Positions 20,092 to 28,224 of a stretch of 64,000 nt of DNA are shown here, piece after piece. The translations under genes were made by a program, and so were the position numbers. Origin of the DNA: an uncultured Methylococcaceae bacterium. GTDB lineage: Bacteria; Pseudomonadota; Gammaproteobacteria; Methylococcales; UBA1147. The stretch is taken from NCBI GenBank assembly GCA_964528035.1, contig CAZGQY010000001.1, positions 5,084 to 69,083 on the forward strand, given 5' to 3'. The notes below the pieces were generated by a model. That model ran no database searches, was not told where the DNA came from, and was given only the letters and a program-made list of their open reading frames with translations. The first letter of the stretch is position 1. The number at the start of each line of letters is the position of its first letter.

Positions 20092-20987
20092 ACCGCTTCC
20101 GTACCTTTAGCATTGACTTTTGGATAGTTGCATTGGCATTGTTTTCACTGTTAGTTTGTTTTTTTTATCCGACCTGGACACAACAGCAAAACACCTACCG
20201 CTATGTATTTATTCTGGACATCACCCAAAGCATGAACACCCGGGATTACACAATTAGCGGTTTCCCGCCCGACCGCTTATCATTCGCCAAGAAAAGCCTT
20301 CAACAAGCGATCAAGCATCTACCCTGTGGGTCAGAAACCGGTATTGGATTATTTACCACCAAGGACAGTATGATTTTGATCGAACCGGTAGAAATCTGCA
20401 GTCACTATTCTGTTATAGATGAAATGATTTCTCATATCGACTGGCGCATGGCCTGGGCAGCAGACAGCAATATCGAACGCGGTCTTTATTCTGCCATCCT
20501 GACACTAAGAAAATGGCAGGATCATACTAATCTAGTCTTTTTTACCGACGGCGAACAAAGCATCAAAGAATTGCACAGACCACCCCTAAGTAAGCACTTT
20601 GCAGCAGTAAAAGGATTTATCATCGGTGTAGGCGGCACCCATCCAAGCCCAATTCCAAAACTGGATAAGGATAACCAAGTGATCGATTACTGGAAGAATG
20701 AGGAAGTCACAAACGTTGATTTCACTACTGCAACAAACCAGCCGCCGAAACTCGATCCAAAAATGAACTATCTATCAAGTTTGCAGGAATCCGCACTCAT
20801 CACCCTGGCAAACACTACAGGACTTATGTACCGGCGATTGCAATCTGCCCGACAGCTCGGCCAAATTCTGAATGCGAAAAATCTGGCCGTTTCGATGCCT
20901 GTATCTACAGATATTCGGTGGATTTTTGCGTTGATGACCTTGTGGTTTTTGCTTTGGGTTTGGTTTAGGAGGGTTATTGGAGTTTAA
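20088..20987 (+). CDS. VWA-domain membrane protein (BatB-like)
   Basis: GTG 20088 overlaps the upstream TGA and has GGAGG 6 nt upstream. It has N- and C-terminal TM helices and the MIDAS-like motif FILDITQSM. Confidence 0.7.
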   Translation: MNRFRTFSIDFWIVALALFSLLVCFFYPTWTQQQNTYRYVFILDITQSMNTRDYTISGFPPDRLSFAKKSLQQAIKHLPCGSETGIGLFTTKDSMILIEPVEICSHYSVIDEMISHIDWRMAWAADSNIERGLYSAILTLRKWQDHTNLVFFTDGEQSIKELHRPPLSKHFAAVKGFIIGVGGTHPSPIPKLDKDNQVIDYWKNEEVTNVDFTTATNQPPKLDPKMNYLSSLQESALITLANTTGLMYRRLQSARQLGQILNAKNLAVSMPVSTDIRWIFALMTLWFLLWVWFRRVIGV

Positions 20988-21013
20988 AGGTTTAAACAAC
21001 GATCTGGAACACT

Positions 21014-21148
21014 TCAAATTTTAAAAGATTCCGGAGAATCAACGCGTACGATCGTCGTTTTACCAACTAAACGTGGCCCGGAAACAAACAACAATTGCCT
21101 GTTTTCGGTCAGTTCAAATGCGATACGTTGGGTATATTTTCGCTGCAT
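21014..21148 (-). pseudogene. N-terminal remnant (44 codons) of an AAA_14/DUF4143-type ATPase
   Basis: From ATG 21148 it reads MQRKYTQRIAFELTENRQLLFVSGPRLVGKTTIVRVDSPESFKI then stop. This matches the N-terminus and Walker A of a family that is normally ~400 aa. Here it stops 27 nt short of the convergent VWA gene. Confidence 0.4.
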
Positions 21149-21174
21149 AAAATCGCATCTATCGTAAAATGGTC

Positions 21175-21298
21175 GTAACTGCCCGCCCTCTATGGGTAAT
21201 CTGTTCCGGAAGACGCCGTAAATACATCCCTGTAGACTTGGATGCGGCTTCCCTGCCGCATACACTTCCTCCACAGGCCCCCCATAGAGGGCTGTTTC
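21175..21298. repeat. MITE-like structured repeat, copy B (right end missing or diverged)
   Basis: Same orientation as copy A, with about 8 differences over ~125 nt. The outer stem is degraded (acaggcccccc versus acagatcaccc). It lacks the last 21 nt of copy A and has no flanking direct repeat. Confidence 0.6.
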
Positions 21299-21317
21299 TA
21301 TAATATTTAAACCCAAT

Positions 21318-22532
21318 TCAAAACAATTCTATACTCTCGTCCTCAACTTCCTCATCCTCATCAGGTGTATTCAATTCAGCAAAAATACCCACAATATCCT
21401 GATGTCTGGTCGTAATAAATTTAAGACGCGCAAGAATATCTGAAAAGGCAGTGTAGAGGGTGGCACTGGCATCTATTCGATTTTGTGCGTCGTCTATCGC
21501 GGTGTCTATGCAATTAAGCACATAAGCTTCCTGATCTTCTTCTAAACCCATACGCATTAAATCTGCATTGAGATCAGTGACCATATGGCGAAGCAAATCG
21601 GAGCTATCACTTTGATTTGCAATGAGTGTTTTCGCCAAATAATAAAGCCGGGTTCTAACGATGCCAAATGATTTAAACAATTCTTCACTTTGATCACCCA
21701 GTGCCTGTTCCGTCCGGATGGCATTAATCTTTAAATCCACAGCAGAAAGAATAACGGGCAAAAGATCTTTCATGCGTCCGTAACGTTCCATATCGTCCAG
21801 AGGCATATTTTTTACTAATAAGCTTAAATTTTGATAATTGACAATAGTGCGTGGACCAAAATCAACAAACCGTTGACTTCTATCCTGCATTTCAATCATT
21901 TCTTTTTCCAGAGGTGTAATCGCATCTTCTATAGAAAACCAACTCGGTTGATCATCTTCCAGAATCATCAACGCGCAATTAAGCTGATATTGTTGGTTCA
22001 GGTGCAACAAGCCGTTAGCCAGGTCAGTGAAATTGTAATAACCATAACTTTTTTCAATAAACTTCATAGCAAGTCCCAGTTCACTTGAACCTGTCATGGC
22101 GATTATCGCGGTTTTCTGGGCTTGTTCAAACTGGCTGCGTAATTCTTTCTGGTCTTGCTGATACTTTGCCAGGACTCGTATTTTGGCAAGCAACGTATCT
22201 TTTTCAAAGGGTTTCACCAGGTAATCTTCACCACCCACCTCATAACCCTGCATGCGCTCTCTTAACGAAGAATTAGCGGACAAAAATATGACCGATATAT
22301 TTTTTGCCACATCATTACTACGGAGTTTTTCGCACACCTCATAACCATTCATTCCAGGCATCTCTACATCGAGCAAAATAATGTCTGGAAGGTTTTTTAT
22401 AGCAATTTCAAGGCCAGTCTCACCACTTTCGGCAAAACTGACGTTTAAATTATCATCTGTAAGGGACTTTTCGATCACTGTTCGACTGACTTTGTCATCA
22501 TCAATCGCAAGAATATTAATTTTAGAATTCAT
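21318..22532 (-). CDS. orphan response regulator: REC domain plus ~270-aa uncharacterised C-terminal domain
   Basis: 404-aa ORF. REC signatures are ILAIDDD, IILLDVEMPGMNGYEV, VIFLSA and DYLVKPF. The C-terminal two thirds has no motif I recognise and ends in the acidic tail TPDEDEEVEDESIELF. Confidence 0.85.
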   Translation of the reverse strand: MNSKINILAIDDDKVSRTVIEKSLTDDNLNVSFAESGETGLEIAIKNLPDIILLDVEMPGMNGYEVCEKLRSNDVAKNISVIFLSANSSLRERMQGYEVGGEDYLVKPFEKDTLLAKIRVLAKYQQDQKELRSQFEQAQKTAIIAMTGSSELGLAMKFIEKSYGYYNFTDLANGLLHLNQQYQLNCALMILEDDQPSWFSIEDAITPLEKEMIEMQDRSQRFVDFGPRTIVNYQNLSLLVKNMPLDDMERYGRMKDLLPVILSAVDLKINAIRTEQALGDQSEELFKSFGIVRTRLYYLAKTLIANQSDSSDLLRHMVTDLNADLMRMGLEEDQEAYVLNCIDTAIDDAQNRIDASATLYTAFSDILARLKFITTRHQDIVGIFAELNTPDEDEEVEDESIELF

Positions 22533-22799
22533 TTACGCTGAAATTGGCTAATACACTATTAAGTTATAGCCTTTTTTTGGAAAATATCGAGTTGCTTTTG
22601 TGATTACAAGCGACCATTCGACCACCCTATATAATCGACAGAGTCTGGTTAAAGCCAATATTCATTCTTCCAGTAAAACCACCACGAATTGTAGCGACTG
22701 CTTTCGCAATTTAATTTAAATACTCGGGTGACTACAGTTTTAACAAATATTGTTTAGCGCACTCCTGAAAATTTCCGATTTAATTTCAGTTTTAGAAGA

Positions 22800-23810
22800 T
22801 TATTGATAACCATTTGGATTCATCGATTGCCATCGCCAGGCATCCAGACACATTCGATCGAGCCCGATGTCTGCAGTCCAATTCAATTCTTGTCTGGCAA
22901 ACCCCGGATCGGCGTAACAGGTTGCAATGTCTCCCGCACGACGTTCTACAACTTTATAAGCAACTTCCTTGTTTGAAGCTTTCTCAAATGCAGAGATTGC
23001 CTCAAGCACACTATAGCCTCGACCGGTACCGAGATTATAAGTCACAGCGCCCGGATTTGATGCTAGCTTTTCCAAAGCCTTCAAATGACCGATAGCCAGA
23101 TCAACAACATGAATATAATCTCGAACACCAGTGCCATCGGGCGTTGCATAATCATTTCCAAAAACTGACAGTTCGGATAGTTTCCCTATCGCAACCTGAG
23201 AAACAAAAGGCAGGAGATTATTGGGAATACCATTGGGATCTTCTCCAATCAATCCACTTTCATGAGCGCCAGCCGGATTGAAATAGCGTAGAAGCCCAAT
23301 ATTCCATTCTTTATCTGAAACATAAAGATCTTGTAATATCTCTTCTATCATTAGTTTTGTTCGGCCGTAGGGATTCGTTGCCCCAACCGGGAAGTCCTCT
23401 TTTATGGGTACCGTTTGAGGATCGCCATACACGGTAGCGGAAGAACTGAAAACAATATTCTTAATCTGATATTTCTGCATTAATTCGCAAAGAATCAGTG
23501 TTCCCGTGATGTTGTTATGATAATAATGTAAAGGGATCGACACAGACTCACCGACTGCTTTGAGCCCGGCAAAATGAATAATCGCACCGATGGAGTGTTT
23601 TTTGAAAACATCATCAAGGCCTGCTTCATCTAAAAGATCGACCTGGTGGAATGTCAATTTTTTCCCGGTTATATTTTCGACTCTTCGCAGCGATTCCTCA
23701 TGGCTATTCATCAAGTTGTCAACAACAACGACATCGTAGTTAGCATTTAAAAGCTCTACACAGGTATGACTACCAATATAACCCGCCCCTCCGGTCACTA
23801 ATATCTGCAT
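22800..23810 (-). CDS. galE: UDP-glucose 4-epimerase
   Basis: 336-aa ORF with [11 protein letters not shown] (the NAD-binding motif), SSSATVYG and YGRTK (the YxxxK motif). Confidence 0.9.
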   Translation of the reverse strand: MQILVTGGAGYIGSHTCVELLNANYDVVVVDNLMNSHEESLRRVENITGKKLTFHQVDLLDEAGLDDVFKKHSIGAIIHFAGLKAVGESVSIPLHYYHNNITGTLILCELMQKYQIKNIVFSSSATVYGDPQTVPIKEDFPVGATNPYGRTKLMIEEILQDLYVSDKEWNIGLLRYFNPAGAHESGLIGEDPNGIPNNLLPFVSQVAIGKLSELSVFGNDYATPDGTGVRDYIHVVDLAIGHLKALEKLASNPGAVTYNLGTGRGYSVLEAISAFEKASNKEVAYKVVERRAGDIATCYADPGFARQELNWTADIGLDRMCLDAWRWQSMNPNGYQ

Positions 23811-24137
23811 TGATCTACCCCCTTTCAGCCATGTTAGAAAAATGTCGTTGTCTAGAATTACCGTATTGCCTGATTTTCACAAAAAATAATAAGTGATTTT
23901 TATACTTTCATTTTCTAGCAATTAAGAAACTCTTCGCAAATATAGAGTCTGATGAAGAAAAAAATGAATGACTTTTTTGCAATCATGATTCCCATTGAAT
24001 CTATAGTACATCGCGAAAAATTAGGATTGGCTAAAATTCAAAATAATCTTTTCAGAAATTACGCTACGACCACCGCATATTCTGGTCGATCCTGATCACA
24101 TCATCAACCTGACATACAGAGTTGCCCACCATCCATT

Positions 24138-25736
24138 TCAATTCGATTGTGACTGTTGTATCGGGACCAGATTTTTCAAAGTGATTACATTGCGACGGTT
24201 TTCTTCCAACTCAAAAGTCTGTTCAAGATACTTCATTATCAGATCCACTGGACGCGGTGTATGAATAAGCAGGTCATACGCATTAAGTGAGAGATAGCCC
24301 GATCCACCGTCGATTATCCGTGACGCAACTCTTTCTCCACTCAATTTGTCGAAAAAATCAAGCTGCCTTCCAAACAGGTTCATATTTCCATCCTGATCTA
24401 CTACACGTACTCTGTATGTCGATCCGGCGCTCTGAATCTTAGTTTTAAAAAGAACATTAACAACTTCCCAGTCTTCAATAATTGCTTTTGAATATTGCAA
24501 GACTCGCAAACTAAAGTCTAAAGAGCCGTCCCCATCAACGTCCCCGGTGGATGTTGGTACAACAATGACTTTTTTCTCATGTGATTCAAAGATGGGCTTG
24601 GAAACAAAACATTCATAATCCGAGGAGTTTTCTTTGGATAAATGCATTGAAAATGTAACAGACCCATTATCCGAGCCAAGAACAAAGTCGACTTTTCCAT
24701 CCTTATTAAAATCACCATATAATAAACCGGTATAGGGTTTATGGCCTCCCAGCTTCAGACTTGAGAAATCTTCGGGATTAGAATTCGGTGCAAGATTAGC
24801 ACTAAAAACCCCTTTTTTCGGAATATACCGTAACAATTCCAAAGACCCATTTAGATCTATATCATTGATCAAAACCCCTTCGTCAAAAACTCGTCTGATT
24901 CCATAAGTTTTTGACGCAGAGTTAAATGTTCCGTCGGCTGCATTTAGCATCAGTTTACTTGCAGCATAAAAATCGAGATATCCATCACGATTAATATCAG
25001 CCACTTGAGCACCCTCAACCCTAAATTTTTTTTCAATAAAATTCATGTGTCGAGAAACACTCTTAATATTCTCGAATTTCAACCCCCCAAGATTCTTCAT
25101 AAAGTAGAACGAGGTATTGGGCTTATGTGTGTAACATGTAATCAAAATATCGGTCAGGGAGTCATTGTTATAATCGAAAAAAAGTACCTGTTCAGAATGA
25201 CACTGAAGCCGCTTATCAAAAAAACTTCTATTTAAAGTAAAGCGCTCCTTTTGGGACTCATACTCATATAAATACACGTAGCTATTGTAGATCCCATTTT
25301 TTTCGGTAATCAATAATTCATTTTGCCCATCATTATTAAGGTCAACCAGGTATGGTATCTTTCTGCCATGTATAAATCCCCCCATATCCCTGGCCGGAGA
25401 ATATTTGAAATCGCCACTTTTTGTTTGGATAAGCCCGGCAAACTCAAATATTCCATCGAAATTGAAATCACCAAAGGTTGGATAAAACTCAGTGGGCCAG
25501 GTAAATTCATTGAAGACTTTAAGATTTGAAGTATCGAGCGGATTGCAAAGAGCATTCCCTACCTTATTTTTTTTATGTCCAGAAATATTTGGTAGAAAGT
25601 AATATATCCCCTGCAATGCAAGACCCATCACTAAAATGAGAACTGTCACTGGAATTATTCGTTTTGCCCTAAATAAGTTGATATTCATCTTTTTACTAAT
25701 GGAAATAGAGGAGATTATGTCAAGCCTTGCAATCAT
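24138..25736 (-). CDS. membrane-anchored FG-GAP/VCBS-like seven-blade beta-propeller protein
   Basis: Seven spaced DxNxDGxxD-type repeats: GDFNFDGIFEF, VDLNNDGQNELL, FDYNNDSLTDIL, ADINRDGYLDFY, NDIDLNGSLELL, GDFNKDGKVDFV, GDVDGDGSLDFS. It has an N-terminal TM anchor. ATG 25688 (MNINLF...) is an alternative start. The locus is AT-rich. Confidence 0.75.
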   Translation of the reverse strand: MIARLDIISSISISKKMNINLFRAKRIIPVTVLILVMGLALQGIYYFLPNISGHKKNKVGNALCNPLDTSNLKVFNEFTWPTEFYPTFGDFNFDGIFEFAGLIQTKSGDFKYSPARDMGGFIHGRKIPYLVDLNNDGQNELLITEKNGIYNSYVYLYEYESQKERFTLNRSFFDKRLQCHSEQVLFFDYNNDSLTDILITCYTHKPNTSFYFMKNLGGLKFENIKSVSRHMNFIEKKFRVEGAQVADINRDGYLDFYAASKLMLNAADGTFNSASKTYGIRRVFDEGVLINDIDLNGSLELLRYIPKKGVFSANLAPNSNPEDFSSLKLGGHKPYTGLLYGDFNKDGKVDFVLGSDNGSVTFSMHLSKENSSDYECFVSKPIFESHEKKVIVVPTSTGDVDGDGSLDFSLRVLQYSKAIIEDWEVVNVLFKTKIQSAGSTYRVRVVDQDGNMNLFGRQLDFFDKLSGERVASRIIDGGSGYLSLNAYDLLIHTPRPVDLIMKYLEQTFELEENRRNVITLKNLVPIQQSQSN

Positions 25737-25963
25737 GCATTATTGCCTGATTTGTTTATTATCGCTCCCTTTACAGTTGAGAAATGCACGCCAAAAAGCG
25801 GTGGCTATTTGTTTTTATCGGAAAGTCTTCTATTCATAGGCAGACGTCTGACCCATCATTGCACAATAACTACTCCAGGGCCATTTCCCCTATCTTTAAC
25901 CATTCCCACCCAAATTGAATTTAGTACGACATAACGCAATATTTTCTGTTTTTCTATCAGTAT

Positions 25964-26122
25964 CCCCTTATACCGTACTTGAAAACCAGAACCACCACGG
26001 GTGAGTCTGCGATTGTAGTTTTGCATATCCATTCCATTAAGTTTAAGCATACCCTTTGATAACTACCGTTCAATGGTTTCCACAACTACAGGGTCGTTGT
26101 TGCTCAAATACTGAATGGTCAA
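25964..26122 (-). pseudogene. possible decayed 3' end of a DDE (rve-type) transposase gene
   Basis: One minus-strand frame reads NNDPVVVETIER(stop)LSKGMLKLNGMDMQNYNRRLTRGGSGFQVRYKG. This loosely follows the DNxxxESFxxxLKxE ... YNxxRPHxxLG C-terminal pattern of rve integrases. It has an in-frame stop and an apparent internal deletion. This is a by-eye call only. Confidence 0.25.
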
Positions 26123-26130
26123 TATGATAT

Positions 26131-26160
26131 TTGACCATTATTTCTCGACATTATTATAGA
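26131..26160 (+). promoter_or_regulatory. sigma70-like promoter candidate with overlapping 9-bp inverted repeat
   Basis: TTGACC (26131-26136), an 18-nt spacer, then TATAGA (26155-26160). The inverted repeat aatggtcaa (26114-26122) / ttgaccatt (26131-26139) overlaps the -35 element. The site is ~30 nt upstream of the ORF starting at 26188. Confidence 0.35.
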
Positions 26161-26187
26161 ATCAGCAGCTTTCTGGAGGAATCACAA

Positions 26188-26424
26188 ATGAACCATGAGA
26201 ACCCACCCAACAACTGGCCGTTATGGGTCTGGATACTCCAACTGTTGGTAGCGGGATCTCTCAGCTGGATATTTATTCTTCTCGTTACCTCGGCAAATGA
26301 CGCGGGGGTTTCGAAATCGATTCTGATTGTCGGAATTGGCTCGTTAATGTGGTTGTTCCTGGGGCCGGGTGTGGTTGCTATGGATCGGGGCCGTCGTTGG
26401 ATAGTTGATCGGCGAAGGGAATAG
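26188..26424 (+). CDS. small two-TM membrane protein (78 aa)
   Basis: ATG 26188 with GGAGGA at 26175-26180 (7-nt spacer). It has two hydrophobic helices (WPLWVWILQLLVAGSLSWIFILLV and ILIVGIGSLMWLFLGPGVV) and a basic tail, DRGRRWIVDRRRE. Confidence 0.5.
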   Translation: MNHENPPNNWPLWVWILQLLVAGSLSWIFILLVTSANDAGVSKSILIVGIGSLMWLFLGPGVVAMDRGRRWIVDRRRE

Positions 26425-26475
26425 TGTCTTGCCCTGGGAACGTTGACATTCTCACTCCTCGTTGGAGATTTTGTC

Positions 26476-26655
26476 ATGACGTGGTTTGGCCTGATCCCGA
26501 CCGTAGAAGAACAGCGCGCCCGGTCTCTTGACTACACTTACTATCGGGATTCCGGATATCGAATGGTACCTAAATCGATCACCATAGACAGAAGCACTCC
26601 AATCCACATTAATGAATGGTCATTGCGACGCTTAAAAAAAACCTGGATTTTATAA
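26476..26655 (+). CDS. hypothetical small protein (59 aa)
   Basis: ATG 26476 with GGAG at 26464-26467 (8-nt spacer). No recognisable family. Confidence 0.35.
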   Translation: MTWFGLIPTVEEQRARSLDYTYYRDSGYRMVPKSITIDRSTPIHINEWSLRRLKKTWIL

Positions 26656-26922
26656 AATATGGACAAAACACTTACCGGTTTTCGACAAATTCCCGCTTCG
26701 CAAAAATCTATCAGAAAATTTTACACTTTTTTAAAACAACCTCCTCCATAAGATTATACTCATTTGTTATTACTAGATTAAATAAAATTGGCACTAAGTA
26801 TGCACTAACTAGTGTGAGAGAATTACCCCTTATAGTAGTGTCAGTTAGGACTATTCTCTTATTCCTCCTGCACAGGGAAGTGCACCTCCTCTTTGATTTT
26901 TCAATATTCAGGAAAACCTGAT

Positions 26923-27666
26923 TTACGATGAAATACCTAAATATTTTTCCAGAATATAAGAAACCTTAACCAGCCCGGTTTCCAGATTTCTGAGAATTTC
27001 ATCCATAGAAATTTCACCCTCGGTTTTACCGGCCGCCCAATTAGCCATCACCGCACAACACGCATAGTCGATTTCATCTTCTCTAGCCAGAGCGGCTTCG
27101 GGCATTCCAGTCATCCCGACCATATCACAACCATCGCCTTCCATGCGTCGTATTTCTGCGGCAGTCTCCAAACGGGGTCCCTGTGTACAACCATAAACGC
27201 CTCCATCCACAACAACAACAGAAGCCCTGGCGGCAGCACTCAGTAATTTTGCACGGATTGCCTGACTATAAGGATAGCTAAAATCAATATGAACAACGCC
27301 ATTCCTGTCGCCATTGTAAAAGGTAGATTCTCGTCCAACTGTATAATCGATAAGTTGATCAGGAATTGCTATAGTGGCTGGAGGCAAATCTGCACGAATA
27401 CCACCCACCGCAGCAACGGCAAGAATTTCGGTAACACCTACTTTTTTCAACGCTCGAATATTGGCGCGATAGTTTATCCGATGCGGTGGAATTGAATGAC
27501 CCTCACCATGTCTGGTAAGAAATGCAACATCACAGCCATGATACTGGCCAAAGACCAGATCAGAAGAAGGTAAACCGAATTCCGTCGCAACAGACTCTTT
27601 TTTAGCAACATGGAGCTGATCCAGCTGACCTAAGCCCGACCCACCAATAATTCCAAGCACACCCAT
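26923..27666 (-). CDS. MTA/MTI/purine nucleoside phosphorylase family protein (MtnP/MtiP-like)
   Basis: N-terminal GIIGGSGL, then FLTRHG and ANWAAG-type C-terminal region. ATG 27666 is preferred over the adjacent GTG 27669. As I recall, a nagZ-linked MTI phosphorylase also occurs in Pseudomonas. Confidence 0.8.
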   Translation of the reverse strand: MGVLGIIGGSGLGQLDQLHVAKKESVATEFGLPSSDLVFGQYHGCDVAFLTRHGEGHSIPPHRINYRANIRALKKVGVTEILAVAAVGGIRADLPPATIAIPDQLIDYTVGRESTFYNGDRNGVVHIDFSYPYSQAIRAKLLSAAARASVVVVDGGVYGCTQGPRLETAAEIRRMEGDGCDMVGMTGMPEAALAREDEIDYACCAVMANWAAGKTEGEISMDEILRNLETGLVKVSYILEKYLGISS

Positions 27667-27675
27667 CACACTCTT

Positions 27676-28224
27676 CTATACACCGTTACACGCAAAAATA
27701 CCCGCGGTATTTCGCCAATACCCTTTATAATCCATGCCAAAACCGAACAGATATCGATCCTCGCATTGCAAGCCAACAAATTCTGCTTTAATTGGCTTTT
27801 GTTTCGACAATATTTTTTCTACCAACACGGCGCTATAGACTGATTCTGCCCCCTGATCTTTACAATATTGGCTAATTGCTTTCAGGGTATGTCCTTCGTC
27901 CAGTATATCGTCTACCAGCAAGACAGTTCGCCCCTTCATCGACTCCCTGGGTAAACTGATCCAGTCCAGTTCATGACCCACAGTATCATTGCCATATCGA
28001 GTTGCGTGGATAACATCACAGGTCATAGGAAAATCGCATCGTTCCATCAAATTCGAGACCGTCATAATGCCTCCTGTTAACACACACAATACCAGAGGAT
28101 TCTGATCGGCCAGGGTTACACTAATCTGTATCGACATGGCATCCAATGCCGAATAAACCTGACTTTCTGAATATAATAGAGTGGCGTCCGCTCGAACGCG
28201 GCTTATTTCTTCTAATTCAGGCAT
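27676..28224 (-). CDS. hpt: hypoxanthine-guanine phosphoribosyltransferase
   Basis: The PRPP-binding motif is VLLVDDILDEGHTL. I chose the start at ATG 28224, which overlaps the nagZ TAA by 1 nt (TAATG). The 14-codon upstream extension lies inside nagZ. Confidence 0.85.
   Translation of the reverse strand: MPELEEISRVRADATLLYSESQVYSALDAMSIQISVTLADQNPLVLCVLTGGIMTVSNLMERCDFPMTCDVIHATRYGNDTVGHELDWISLPRESMKGRTVLLVDDILDEGHTLKAISQYCKDQGAESVYSAVLVEKILSKQKPIKAEFVGLQCEDRYLFGFGMDYKGYWRNTAGIFACNGV

Noticed and set aside
21014-21316. A 100-aa ORF from the track, considered as a real gene downstream of the response regulator.
   Set aside because: Its first 56 codons are simply a translation of the MITE-like repeat, which has the same sequence as the non-coding copy at 4460-4584. 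Only the last 44 codons look protein-like, and they resemble a truncated ATPase N-terminus. I therefore split it into a repeat plus a pseudogene fragment.
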